Assembly: GCA_963703225.1 (NCBI GenBank)
Contig: OY969801.1
Coordinates: 1,024,001-1,088,000, forward strand
DNA length: 64,000 bases
Direction of reading: 5' to 3'
Source of the DNA: Candidatus Eiseniibacteriota bacterium
GTDB taxonomy: Bacteria > Eisenbacteria > RBG-16-71-46 > SZUA-252
The position numbers and the translations under genes were made by a program. The notes under the pieces were generated by a model. It ran no database searches. It was not told where the DNA came from and saw only the letters and a program-made list of their open reading frames with translations. Of the stretch, positions 38,360 through 50,423 are shown piece after piece. Position 1 is the stretch's first letter; each line of letters begins with the position of its first letter.

Positions 38360-39850
38360 ATGACTAGGCTCCGCTGGCTTGCGGCGGCAATCGCCGCGAC
38401 CACAATCGCCCCCGTGTCCGCCGCCGTGGCCCAACAGGCGGACCGAGGATCTCCGGACAGCACGCAACGTCAGCTTGTCCTGGAGGCCAAGCCCTGGACG
38501 GGCGACTTGGACGGAATGCTGGAGCGCCGTCGCATACGGGTCCTCGTGCCCTACAGCCGCACACTCTTCTTCACCGACCACGGTCGCGAGCGTGGCCTGG
38601 CGGCGGAGTTGGCCCGCGACTTCGAGGGCTACATCAACCGAAAGTATGCCAAGCAGCTCGGCAAGCGCCCCGTCACGGTCCTCCTCATTCCGACGACGCG
38701 CGACAAGCTTCTCACGAACCTCGTCGCGGGTCTGGGCGACATTGCGGCAGGCAACCTGACCGCCACCGACGAGCGGCTGAAGATCGTCGACTTCGTCGCT
38801 CCTTCGGACCGGAAGCCGGTGCGTGAGTTGCTCGTCACCGGGCCCACATCCCCGGCGATCGACTCGCTGGAAGATCTCTCCGGCAAGACGGTGCAGCTGC
38901 GCCCCGCGTCCAGCTACTACGAGAGCGTCGTGGCCCTCAACACGGAGTTCTTGAAGTCGGGCAAGCCGGCGGTGGAAATCGACTCGCTCCCGGACGCCCT
39001 GGAAGATGAAGACTTCATGGAGATGCTGAACGCGGGGATCATCCAGCTCGCGATCGTCGACGGCTGGAAGGCGAAGATATGGGCGCGGGTGCTGCCGAAG
39101 ATCCGAGTGCGGGATGGCGTGGTGCTGAGGAGCGAAGGCTACACCGGCTGGGCGATCCGCAAGGAGAGCCCAACACTCCAGGGCTCCATCGAAGCCTTCT
39201 ACCGGACCTTCGTCAAGAAGCAGGGTGTCATCGAGACCCGGCTCGTGCGCTATCAGAAGCAGATCAAGCAGATCGCCAACAACACGAACGGGCAGGAGTG
39301 GAGGCGCCTCCAAACGACGATTGCGCTCTTCCGGAAGTACGGAGATCGATATGGGTTCGACCCGCTCATGCTGGCGGCCCAGGGCTTCCAGGAGTCGCAA
39401 CTGAACCAGAATGCGAAGAGCCACGTCGGCGCTGTGGGCGTCATGCAGATCATGCCCGCGACCGGCGCGGAGCTCAATGTCGGCGACATCCATACCCTCG
39501 AGCCGAACATCCATGCCGGCGCGAAGTACATGAATCGGCTCATGACCCGGTACTTCTCCGACGCGCACTTTCCCGATGAAGATAGGACGCTCTTCGCGTT
39601 CGCGAGCTACAACGCCGGCCCCGGCAACATCGCACGCATGCGCCGGCTGGCGGAAAAGCGCGGGCTGGACCCCGACCGGTGGTTCAACAATGTCGAGCTG
39701 GTGGTTGCGGACAGGATCGGGATCGAGACGACGACCTATGTCCGGAACATCTACAAGTACTATGTTGCCTACAAGCTCACCCTAAGGGCACGGGATGTGC
39801 AGCAACGGGCGCGGGAAGGCGTGCCGGCCGCGGGAGGAGTGTCGCAGTGA
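38360..39850 (+). CDS. Lytic transglycosylase MltF-like (SBP_bac_3 + SLT)
   Basis: DIAAGNLT binding domain; FQESQL, GVMQIMP, ASYNAGPG, ETTTYV. Confidence 0.92.
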   Translation: MTRLRWLAAAIAATTIAPVSAAVAQQADRGSPDSTQRQLVLEAKPWTGDLDGMLERRRIRVLVPYSRTLFFTDHGRERGLAAELARDFEGYINRKYAKQLGKRPVTVLLIPTTRDKLLTNLVAGLGDIAAGNLTATDERLKIVDFVAPSDRKPVRELLVTGPTSPAIDSLEDLSGKTVQLRPASSYYESVVALNTEFLKSGKPAVEIDSLPDALEDEDFMEMLNAGIIQLAIVDGWKAKIWARVLPKIRVRDGVVLRSEGYTGWAIRKESPTLQGSIEAFYRTFVKKQGVIETRLVRYQKQIKQIANNTNGQEWRRLQTTIALFRKYGDRYGFDPLMLAAQGFQESQLNQNAKSHVGAVGVMQIMPATGAELNVGDIHTLEPNIHAGAKYMNRLMTRYFSDAHFPDEDRTLFAFASYNAGPGNIARMRRLAEKRGLDPDRWFNNVELVVADRIGIETTTYVRNIYKYYVAYKLTLRARDVQQRAREGVPAAGGVSQ

Positions 39851-40020
39851 ACCCGGAGGCGCGCGCACGCCTCACAAGGCCCGTCGCGACAGGGTAATAC
39901 GCATCCCCCCAGAGGGTCACCCCCCCCACAAGGCGTCAGGCGCCCATTTGACGCTGCGGATCGTGCATCTCCGCGCCTTGTCGCGCACCGACGCCGCCGT
40001 CTGCTTCGGACTTGTGTAGT

Positions 40021-40365
40021 TCATTTTCTCCTCCTCTTTGAAATGAAGAACGCCTCAAGGCGGTCCATGCGCTCATTCCAGAAGCGCTCGTACCGGTGCG
40101 CCCAGCGCGCGACGTCCCGGAGCGGGTCAGCGTTCAATTCCAGCGTATGCTCGCGGCCCCGTCGCGCCCGTCGCACCAGGCCGGCCCGCTCGAGCACCTT
40201 GAGGTGCTTGGAGACCGCGTTGAGCGACATGTCGAACGGCGCTGCCACGTCGGTAACCCGCGCCGGCCCGCGCGCCAAGCGATCGATGATCGCCCACTGC
40301 GTGAGATCTGCCAGGAGCGCGGGTGGACCCGCCACCTTCGGAACTTCGCACGTGGCTCGAAGCAT
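40021..40365 (-). CDS. ArsR/SmtB family transcriptional regulator (N-terminus degenerate)
   Basis: AIIDRLARGPARVTDVAAPFDMSLNAVSKHLKVLERAGLV; W...Y..FW...DRL tail. Confidence 0.75.
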   Translation of the reverse strand: MLRATCEVPKVAGPPALLADLTQWAIIDRLARGPARVTDVAAPFDMSLNAVSKHLKVLERAGLVRRARRGREHTLELNADPLRDVARWAHRYERFWNERMDRLEAFFISKRRRK

Positions 40366-40454
40366 GGCTCAAGGAAACGTGGTAGCTTACTTGGCCCAGT
40401 TTCCATGGGCCGTAAGACAAATTCTCATCGCGACCGAGGTTCCCGTGAGGATAG

Positions 40455-41567
40455 GTGCTTAGCGCGTACACCGAGCCGCGTGTCAGCGGCGAGGCGATCC
40501 TCTACCGGCTCTTCGACGTGGGATACGAAATTCGTCTCGACAAGGCGTTCGAGCTTCTCTCGTCGAGCGCGCCCGAGCGTGCGAAGCCGGTTCGAGGCGA
40601 GGCGCATGCCATTCAGATCCAGAACCCTCCGGTCACGGTGTCGCTGGGGATGGAATCGATCGAGATCGGCGATCGAATCCAGCCAGTCGAGATCTCGGCG
40701 CGCATCTTCGACTTCGGCGTCGTCTCGCTGCGGGCACACCTTCCGGTGTCAGCGATCGGCTGGGAAGAGTTCGTCGCGTTCGGCGTGGCGGCCGGCACGA
40801 GCCGAGCGTGGGGGCTGTTCGGGAATTGCCGCGACCGCCTGCTCGAGAAGATTCATCCCGCGATCGACAGGCCTGAGCGCCCTCCGGTCACCGAAGAGTA
40901 CATAATCTACCGCATCAACAGATTGGAGAGCCGGGCCGGCGACCCGGTCCTACCCGCCACACTGCCCGACGAGGGAATCGCCAAGCTGCTCGTGGGCGAG
41001 GTACGTCCGCTCGCCGAAGGGGCGCGACGGGAGCTTCTCTCGCAACGATTCTCCTACTTCGACGACGACCTCGCGGTCCTCACGTGGAATGCCGCGCTTG
41101 TTGTGGAATCGGCACCCGAAGACAAAGACGTGCAGTACGTCCTCGAGTTCGCAAACGCCCAACTCCTCGAGTTGCGCTACTACGACTCACTCCTCGACAG
41201 CGAGCTACCGCGCACCTATGACGAGATTGTCGCGGCCCGAGGCAGGTTTCACATTCTGGGCCGCAGGTTCAGCCGCCTCCTGGCACTCCTTCAAACCCGC
41301 GTCGCAGACGCGACCGAGGCGATCGAGCGCGCGGAGAACTCCCTCAAGGTCACCGATGACGTCTTCCTGGCTCGGATCTACGGCGGGGCGCTGGATATCT
41401 TCCGAGGACCAATATGGCGTCAAGGCGTCGACAGGAAAGTGGCCCTCATCCGGGATGCGTACTCGATGCTCAACGCCGAAGCTCAGGCGCGCCGAGCCGA
41501 AGTGACGGAGCTCATTATCATCGCCCTCATCGCCCTGGAAATCGTGCTAGCCGTGATCAGGAGCTAA
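40455..41567 (+). CDS. Hypothetical protein, RMD1/DUF155-like, with C-terminal TM
   Basis: LEFANAQLLELRYYD and ELIIIALIALEI C-terminus. Confidence 0.7.
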   Translation: MLSAYTEPRVSGEAILYRLFDVGYEIRLDKAFELLSSSAPERAKPVRGEAHAIQIQNPPVTVSLGMESIEIGDRIQPVEISARIFDFGVVSLRAHLPVSAIGWEEFVAFGVAAGTSRAWGLFGNCRDRLLEKIHPAIDRPERPPVTEEYIIYRINRLESRAGDPVLPATLPDEGIAKLLVGEVRPLAEGARRELLSQRFSYFDDDLAVLTWNAALVVESAPEDKDVQYVLEFANAQLLELRYYDSLLDSELPRTYDEIVAARGRFHILGRRFSRLLALLQTRVADATEAIERAENSLKVTDDVFLARIYGGALDIFRGPIWRQGVDRKVALIRDAYSMLNAEAQARRAEVTELIIIALIALEIVLAVIRS

Positions 41568-41903
41568 GCCCTCGGGCGTGAGCACGTGAAGGCTCTCGTC
41601 GCGCCGCGCTAGACATCGATTGCACATATAAATGTGAGCAGGACAAGCATTGGACATGACCATTCTCCTTCCAGAAATGGTCGGGGCGTTCCAGGGAACC
41701 GCGAGCAGGACAAAGCCGAAGGCCCCCGCGGCTACTGATTGCCGATGCCGTGGTCGCAGTCGACCGCCACGACTGCCTCGCCGGAGGGGCATCCGCTAGG
41801 TGCGGTTAGGACGCTTGACAGCTGCTGCCCCGGTCCATCATACTTTACATCGCAAAGTACTTCGCAATATGGGAGGAGAATGCCGATACCGGAGGGTCCT
41901 AGG

Positions 41904-43259
41904 ATGCGTGCGAACGTTCTGCTGAAGGCGATGGTCGTGGGTGTCCTGGCGCTAGCCTTTGTGGTGCCGCTGGTCATGATTTGGGGCGTGGTCAAGGATA
42001 GGTCCCGCTATCGCAACACCGTGACGGCCGAAGTCGCGAGGAGCACGGCCCAAAGTCAGACCCTCGTCGGTCCCCTCGTCGTCGTGCGCTATCGCGAGCG
42101 CATTCCGGGGACGGGGAAGGGTGATGTCGGACAGGTGAGGGAGGGCGCCGAGATCATCCTTCCGGAGTCGCTGTCGATCCGCTCCAAAGCCCATGTCGAG
42201 ACGCGGCAACGCGGAATCTACCGCGTGCCGGTCTTCCGGGCCACAACCGGGTTGGCCGCCGCGTTCACGTTGCCCCCGCGGCTCGGGATCTCGGACAAAC
42301 GTCAGTTGGTGGAGGAGCCCAGAGCGGAGATCGTGTTTGGAGTCTCCGATCCGCGCGGCATCCGCTCGGTGCCCGAGGCGAGGCTCCAGGGCGTGACCCT
42401 GGAGGCGCGGCCGGGGGCCGGCCTGGACTGGCTCAAGAATGGGTTCAGCGTGGCGCTTCCGCGAGATGCCGCTGGACGCCGCGTCTCGCTTGAAGTGAGC
42501 CTCGATCTGATGGGCACCGATCGTCTCATGTTCCTTCCGATCGGCGCCGTCACCGACGTCGAGCTATCGTCCGACTGGGCGCATCCCAGCTTCGTCGGCG
42601 CGTTCCTTCCGGACGAGCGCAACGTTTCCGCGCGAGGCTTTGAGGCGCGTTGGAAGTTATCGCGCTTCGCAACCGGGGTCGACGACGCGATGGCCCGGAT
42701 CCGGGACAGCATGAGTCGCGGCGTTCCCGTCGCTCCCGACCGGGGTGACGGGGCCCCCGGACTCTTCAACACCGACCTCGGTGTCCGCTTCGTTCAGCCG
42801 GTGGACGTGTATACGCAGTCCGAGCGCGCCGTGAAGTACGGCTTCCTGTTCGTGTTCTTGACCTTCGTGGCATTCTTCTTGTTCGAGGTACTACGCCGGA
42901 TGGCGATCCATCCGATCCAGTATGTCCTGTGCGGCGCCGCGCTCGCTCTGTTCTTCCTGTTGCTCGTCTCGCTCTCGGAGCACTTGCCATTCGCAGCCGC
43001 CTACCTGGTGGCAAGCGTCGCGTGCGTCGGGCTCATCGCCTTCTATGTCGGGCACGTTCTACGAAGCACCGCACGGGGGCTCGCGTTCGGCGGGCTGGTC
43101 GGGGCGATGTATGGCTTCCTCTACGTCATCCTTCAATCGGAGGACTACGCTTTGCTGCTGGGCACCCTTCTCCTGTTCGCGGTCCTGGCGATCGTGATGG
43201 TCATGACGCGTCACGTCGACTGGTATCGCCTCTCGGAGGAGACACCGACCAAACGCTGA
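41904..43259 (+). CDS. creD: Cell envelope integrity inner membrane protein CreD
   Basis: WAHPSFVG.FLP, ERAVKYGFLF, IHPIQY, LLVSLSEH, SEDYALL, TRHVDWY. Confidence 0.93.
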   Translation: MRANVLLKAMVVGVLALAFVVPLVMIWGVVKDRSRYRNTVTAEVARSTAQSQTLVGPLVVVRYRERIPGTGKGDVGQVREGAEIILPESLSIRSKAHVETRQRGIYRVPVFRATTGLAAAFTLPPRLGISDKRQLVEEPRAEIVFGVSDPRGIRSVPEARLQGVTLEARPGAGLDWLKNGFSVALPRDAAGRRVSLEVSLDLMGTDRLMFLPIGAVTDVELSSDWAHPSFVGAFLPDERNVSARGFEARWKLSRFATGVDDAMARIRDSMSRGVPVAPDRGDGAPGLFNTDLGVRFVQPVDVYTQSERAVKYGFLFVFLTFVAFFLFEVLRRMAIHPIQYVLCGAALALFFLLLVSLSEHLPFAAAYLVASVACVGLIAFYVGHVLRSTARGLAFGGLVGAMYGFLYVILQSEDYALLLGTLLLFAVLAIVMVMTRHVDWYRLSEETPTKR

Positions 43260-43809
43260 TGTCTGGAGGGTACTGGGGATTTGAGACTGGGCCAGCCGCC
43301 CCGAGACGTCGTACAGGTTGAGCCGTGCCGATCCTTCCCCTACAACGTTCGGAATCGGAAACCCGCGCGCCGAAATTGTAGCATGGGGTGACGCTCGGGG
43401 TAGCCTCCAGCGACCCGGGCAGACAGTGATCATTTGAAGGGCGGATCACTCGTCGTCGCGAAGACCAAGAGCAGGAAGCTACGGCGCGCCCGCCGCGTAA
43501 ATCAGATCGTCGAGGTTCTGGCTGCCGTTGCCGGCCGGCTCCACGACGTGAATCCCGTTCCCGACCGCGGTCAAATGCACAACGCCCGCCGCCAGCGGCC
43601 ACCTGCGTCGCTGATGCCCTGGAGCACCGTGGCGCGTCAACGAAAAGCAAAGCGCCCTAGCGGGTTATCGCTCTCGGGGACGCAGCCCTTGGCACTCTAT
43701 GAGCCCCTTTGGAACCCCCGAAGCCCTTCAAACCGGGAATACCGGGGACGCCGAGACCGTTCCTTCCGGCTTGAGCACCGGAGCAAGAAGTTGCATTGTG
43801 GCTCCTGCT

Positions 43810-46110
<2,301 letters not shown>

Positions 46111-46231
46111 GTTTGATGCTGTCTTGCAGCCCACACGGGCCCTCGAGCGTCCATGCCCGCGCATTGGGTGGGGCGCTTATGCTAACTTACAGCGGTCCGT
46201 ATACTTGGGCCCACAAACGCGAGGAGATCCG

Positions 46232-46798
46232 ATGACCACGCCGAACACGGCGGAGATCCGCGAGGCGAGCCGGAGGCTCTCGGCGGCCGATCACGCGGGA
46301 ACGATCCGCTCGTTCTTCCCTTTTTGGGACGCGCAGTACCGCCCCTACCTCCTGCTCGCGCTCGATGCGCTGCCGCACGAACGCTTCGACTTCAAGCCGC
46401 GTCCCGAGATGTTCACCGCTCATCAGATAATGGTGCACATCGCCGAGAATGAGTGGGGTTTTGTTCACAACATTGTGGACGGCGGGATGGACGGGAAGTG
46501 GGGGCACTGGTTAGTCGAACACGAAGACCCATCGCAGGGTTGGAAGACCGTGCGCGACGCGCCCGATCATGCGGCGCTTCGGGACCTGCTCGAGGAGTCG
46601 CACCGACACACCCAGCGCTGGTTCGCTCGGCCGGCCGCCGAGCTGGGGCGCGTGTTCCGCTGGGCCGGTGACGGCGGAATGGAGCGCAAGGCCACGCTGC
46701 ACTGGATCCTCGACGGTGTACAGGAGCACGAAATCCACCACCGCGCCCAACTCAACACGTACTTGCGGCTCATGGGGGTCACGCCACCGTCGGTGTGA
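46232..46798 (+). CDS. DinB family protein
   Basis: HIAENE and EHEIHHRAQL..YLR; GAGGAG RBS. Confidence 0.88.
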   Translation: MTTPNTAEIREASRRLSAADHAGTIRSFFPFWDAQYRPYLLLALDALPHERFDFKPRPEMFTAHQIMVHIAENEWGFVHNIVDGGMDGKWGHWLVEHEDPSQGWKTVRDAPDHAALRDLLEESHRHTQRWFARPAAELGRVFRWAGDGGMERKATLHWILDGVQEHEIHHRAQLNTYLRLMGVTPPSV

Positions 46799-46940
46799 TG
46801 GGATTGGGCTCAACTAGAGTTGAACAGAAATACCCTCGTTCCTATTGGCCCATGACCAGGGACTGGGTTCGCCAGACGACCTCCACGCGGCGCTCCTCTG
46901 CGATGTTGACAAAAGAGCTCTCTGTCCTATGCTTCGGAAC

Positions 46941-47381
46941 ATGACGATTCGACGGATGGACAACGTTGGCATTGTTGTCGACGACCTGGCGACTGTTATC
47001 GCATTCTTTACCGAACTTGGTCTGGAACTGGAAGGCGAGATGACAGTCGAGGGACAATGGGTGGACCGCATCGTAGGGCTCGACGGTGTCCGAAACGACA
47101 TCGCAATGATGCGGACCCCGGACGGCCACAGCCGGCTTGAGCTGATCAAGTTTCACACGCCGACGGCGGCCAGCGCTGAGCCAAAGAACGCACCGGTGAA
47201 CACGCTGGGCATCCGTCGCATCATGTTCGCCGTCGAAGACATCAAGGACGTCCTTGCCCGCCTGCAGGCGCACGGCGCCGAACTCGTCGGCGAGGTGGTG
47301 CAGTACGAGGACCAATACCTGCTCTGCTACCTCCGGGGCCCTGAGGGCATCATTATCGCGCTGGCCGAGCAGCTCAGCTGA
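46941..47381 (+). CDS. VOC/glyoxalase family protein
   Basis: MDNVGIVVDDL, RLELIKF, LCYLRGPEGIII.LAE. Confidence 0.9.
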   Translation: MTIRRMDNVGIVVDDLATVIAFFTELGLELEGEMTVEGQWVDRIVGLDGVRNDIAMMRTPDGHSRLELIKFHTPTAASAEPKNAPVNTLGIRRIMFAVEDIKDVLARLQAHGAELVGEVVQYEDQYLLCYLRGPEGIIIALAEQLS

Positions 47382-47442
47382 AGCGTTCGACCTACTAGCG
47401 TAGATCCGCTGTCGAGCGTTTCATTGGCCGAGTCCGCAAGTA

Positions 47443-47478
47443 CTGTTAGCTCGGTCGGCAGAGCACCTGCCTTTTAAG
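47443..47478 (+). pseudogene. 5' half remnant of tRNA-Lys(UUU)
   Basis: CTGTTAGCTCGGTCGGCAGAGCACCTGCCTTTTAAG: D arm (GCTC/GAGC), 5' anticodon stem and CTTTTAA loop; no 3' half. Confidence 0.7.
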
Positions 47479-47479
47479 A

Positions 47480-47893
47480 TCCTACGGTGTCATCATGGCC
47501 GTCCTGGACCTGGTTCCCCTCGTCGGGGCGACGCTCGGCGCGGTCCTCGTCGGGCTGGTGGCTCTTACCAAGGGCCTCGCGGTCACCGCGATCGTGCTCG
47601 CCGCGCTGGCGATCTACCAGCAGATCGAGAACAACCTGCTCCTGCAAATCGTCTACAGCCGGACCGTGAGGCTTTCGCCTCTCGCCATCGCGGTGAGCGT
47701 CGCGGCGGGCGCCCAGATCGGCGGCATCGTGGGAGCGTTGCTGGGGATTCCGATCGCCAGCGCTCTCAAGATCGTCGCGCGCGAGCTGCTGGCCTGGCGT
47801 CGAGGCGAGCCGCCCCCCGAAGACTCGGAGCCGCCCAGGAAGCCTTGGCTGCGGCGATGGCTGGAGCGTAGGTCCAGTGCCGCGTCCGGCTGA
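47480..47893 (+). pseudogene. C-terminal fragment of an AI-2E family transporter
   Basis: LDLVPLVGA, YQQIENNLL..., LSPLAI, GGIVGALLGIP; N-terminal two-thirds missing. Confidence 0.8.
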
Positions 47894-47927
47894 CGCCGGC
47901 GCGGCACAGCCCCAGGAGGTGATTCGA

Positions 47928-48305
47928 ATGCCGATCACGTTCTCAGTGGATCACGAGGGAAAACGGGTGATGGCGGTCGCGGCCGGACCGATCACGATGG
48001 ACGATATCCGGGACCACCTGTCTAGTGAGCGAGGGGAGGGGGGATTGGCCTACGGCGAGCTCATCGACGCATCGAAGGCCTCGCCGGCCCTCAGCACCGC
48101 CGATGCTCGCGCAACCGTCAACATTCTCAAGGACCTCGGTCGTGACGGTGCGCTCGGACCCACGGCCATCATCGTCCCCAATGACGTGAGCTACGGCCTC
48201 GTGCGCATGGTGGAGATCCTGCTCGAAGGCGTCGCGGATGTCCGCCCGTTCCGAACCAATGAAATCGCGGACGCGAAGGAGTGGCTGGAGAAGACCGGAG
48301 CCTGA
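47928..48305 (+). CDS. Hypothetical STAS/SpoIIAA-like protein
   Basis: AGGAGG RBS; ELIDAS, AIIV..D.SYGL.RM, AKEWL pattern. Confidence 0.65.
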   Translation: MPITFSVDHEGKRVMAVAAGPITMDDIRDHLSSERGEGGLAYGELIDASKASPALSTADARATVNILKDLGRDGALGPTAIIVPNDVSYGLVRMVEILLEGVADVRPFRTNEIADAKEWLEKTGA

Positions 48306-48333
48306 AGGTCTTCATTCGCTCCGCGCCTGAGCT

Positions 48334-49560
48334 ATGAGCGGGATCGTGTCGGCCGAATGCTGTGTGGTGGGAGGAGGCCCGGCCGGAATGGTGCTGGGGC
48401 TTCTCCTGGCGCGCGCCGGCCTCGAGACGATTGTCCTCGAGAAGCACGCGGATTTCCTGCGGGACTTCCGAGGCGACACGGTGCACCCGTCCACGCTCGA
48501 GGTGATGTACGAGCTGGGGCTCCTGGATCGACTCCTCAGGCTGCCGCACAGCCGGCTGGACGAACTCACCGCGCGCTTCGGCGACGCCGACTTCACGATC
48601 TTGAACTTCAGGCGCCTCCCGACGCACTGCCGTTTCCTCGTGATCATGCCCCAGTGGGACTTCCTGAACTTCATCGCGAAGGAGTCCCTGAGGTATCCCA
48701 CGTACCAGCTCCGGATGCGGACCGAGGTGACGGGTCTCATCGAGGAGGGGGGAACGATCGTGGGCGTGCGGGCCGAGGGCCCGGACGGCGGCCAGGAGGT
48801 TCGCGCCTCTCTTGTGGTCGGTGCGAACGGAAGGCAGTCCGCGTTGCCGGCGCAAGCCGGGCTCACGGTTCAGGAGATGGGCGTTCCCATGGACGTGTTC
48901 TGGTTCCGCCTCTCCCGTCTTCCGGAGGACGGAACCCAGCCGGCCGGCCGGTTCGTGCAGGGGCGCATCCTCATCCTCATCCCGCGCGAGGGGCACTGGC
49001 AGGTGGGCTACGTGATTCCGAAAGGCACGGCGGACCAGGTACGGAGCGCGGGCCTGGACGCATTCCGCGAGACGATCGCCCTGCTTGCCCCCTTCGCCCA
49101 CGCGCGCATCCGGGAAGTGACGGACTGGGATCAGGTGAAGCTTCTCACCGTGCGGATCAACCGGCTCGACCGGTGGTGCCGCCCCGGACTCCTGTTCCTT
49201 GGTGACGCGGCTCACGCGATGTCCCCTGTGGGCGGCGTGGGAATCAACCTCGCCATACAGGACGCTGTCGCGGCGGCGAACGCCGTGGCCGGGCCCCTTC
49301 GCGAAGGCCGCCTCACAATGTGGGAACTCCAGCGGGTGGAGCGCCGGCGCGCTCTGCCCACTCGCGTGACCCAGAGGTTGCAGATGACGCTGCAGGAGGC
49401 AGTGATCCGGCCGCAGCTCGCCGGGCGGAACGCGAAGGGACACATCCCGCTCGGAGTCCGGGTGCTCCGCGCGTTCCCGCTTCTTAGGCACGTACTCGCC
49501 TACCTCATTGGCGTGGGTTTCCGCATGGAGCACGTGCGGACGCCGGCGAAGCACGGATAG
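48334..49560 (+). CDS. FAD-dependent oxidoreductase (UbiH-like monooxygenase family)
   Basis: VVGGGPAG, DFRGDTVHP, LGDAAHAMSPVGGVGINLAIQD. Confidence 0.92.
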   Translation: MSGIVSAECCVVGGGPAGMVLGLLLARAGLETIVLEKHADFLRDFRGDTVHPSTLEVMYELGLLDRLLRLPHSRLDELTARFGDADFTILNFRRLPTHCRFLVIMPQWDFLNFIAKESLRYPTYQLRMRTEVTGLIEEGGTIVGVRAEGPDGGQEVRASLVVGANGRQSALPAQAGLTVQEMGVPMDVFWFRLSRLPEDGTQPAGRFVQGRILILIPREGHWQVGYVIPKGTADQVRSAGLDAFRETIALLAPFAHARIREVTDWDQVKLLTVRINRLDRWCRPGLLFLGDAAHAMSPVGGVGINLAIQDAVAAANAVAGPLREGRLTMWELQRVERRRALPTRVTQRLQMTLQEAVIRPQLAGRNAKGHIPLGVRVLRAFPLLRHVLAYLIGVGFRMEHVRTPAKHG

Positions 49561-49606
49561 AACGGGGTATCTGTCCCGCTCGAGTGACGGGATGGGTCCG
49601 ATCCAA

Positions 49607-49656
49607 TCGCCGATTACTTTGGGGACACGACTCGCCGATTACTTTGGGGACACGAC
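49607..49656. repeat. Perfect 25-bp tandem duplication covering the stop codon of the SDR gene
   Basis: TCGCCGATTACTTTGGGGACACGAC x2. Confidence 0.9.
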
Positions 49657-50394
49657 CTGACCGAGCCAGTCCTCGAACTTCGTCTCCCCGAGCCTTGCGC
49701 CGCCGCGTGGAACGAGCGCGCGCTCGTTCAACCTCGCGCCGAAGTAGCGGGCGTCCGGGTCAGCGACGACTTCACGCGGATCGTCCTGCTCCCTAAGGGC
49801 CTGTCGAATGAACTCGTCGAAGCGAAATTGCTCGGGGCCCGCCACTTCGACAGTACCATTCAGTGGCTTGCCGACAGCGACCGTCGCAACCGCCCCGGCG
49901 ACATCGTCAGCCGACATGGGTTGGAAGAGCACAGGAGGCAAGCGCACGGTGTTCCCGTCGGTGGCGGCTGCGGCGATGCTCTTGATGAATTCAAAGAACT
50001 GCGTGGCGTGAACGATCGAGTAGGGGACTGACGAACCTTTGATCAGCTTCTCCTGGGCGCCCTTCGCGAGCAGGTAGCCGCTTTCGGACAAGCGTTCGGT
50101 TCCCACGACCGACAGGGCGACGTGGTGTCCTACGCCCGCTTCGGCCTCCGCGGCGAGGAGATTGCGGGTTGACGTCTCGAAGAAGGTGAGCGCGGCCGGG
50201 CCCTCAAGGGAGGGAGAATTTGACACGTCTACGACCACTGATGCTCCTCTCACTGCATCCGCGACGCCCTCTCCGGTGACGGTGTTGACGCCGGAGTTGG
50301 GCGCCGCCGCCAGCGCGTCGTGGCCTTGCTCGCGAAGCTTCGTGACGAGCTTGGATCCGACAAGTCCCGTGCCACCGATGACCACGATCTTCAT
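49639..50394 (-). CDS. Atypical SDR / NmrA-like NAD(P)-binding protein
   Basis: MKIVVIGGTGLVG, HHVALSVVG, ATQFFEF; GGAGG RBS. Confidence 0.9.
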   Translation of the reverse strand: MKIVVIGGTGLVGSKLVTKLREQGHDALAAAPNSGVNTVTGEGVADAVRGASVVVDVSNSPSLEGPAALTFFETSTRNLLAAEAEAGVGHHVALSVVGTERLSESGYLLAKGAQEKLIKGSSVPYSIVHATQFFEFIKSIAAAATDGNTVRLPPVLFQPMSADDVAGAVATVAVGKPLNGTVEVAGPEQFRFDEFIRQALREQDDPREVVADPDARYFGARLNERALVPRGGARLGETKFEDWLGQVVSPK

Positions 50395-50423
50395 CGTGAA
50401 CCTCCGATCCCAGCGTGTACGGG

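Noticed and set aside
47443..47520. Intact tRNA-Lys gene
   Set aside because: No 3' anticodon stem, T arm or acceptor 3' strand; kept only as a remnant.
48169..49554. Long antisense ORFs (also 15973-17145, 28150-29271, 38294-39568, 11872-12801)
   Set aside because: Typical high-GC shadow frames opposite well-supported genes.
49607..49656. 25-bp repeat as a CRISPR remnant
   Set aside because: The copies are adjacent with no spacer and derive from coding sequence.
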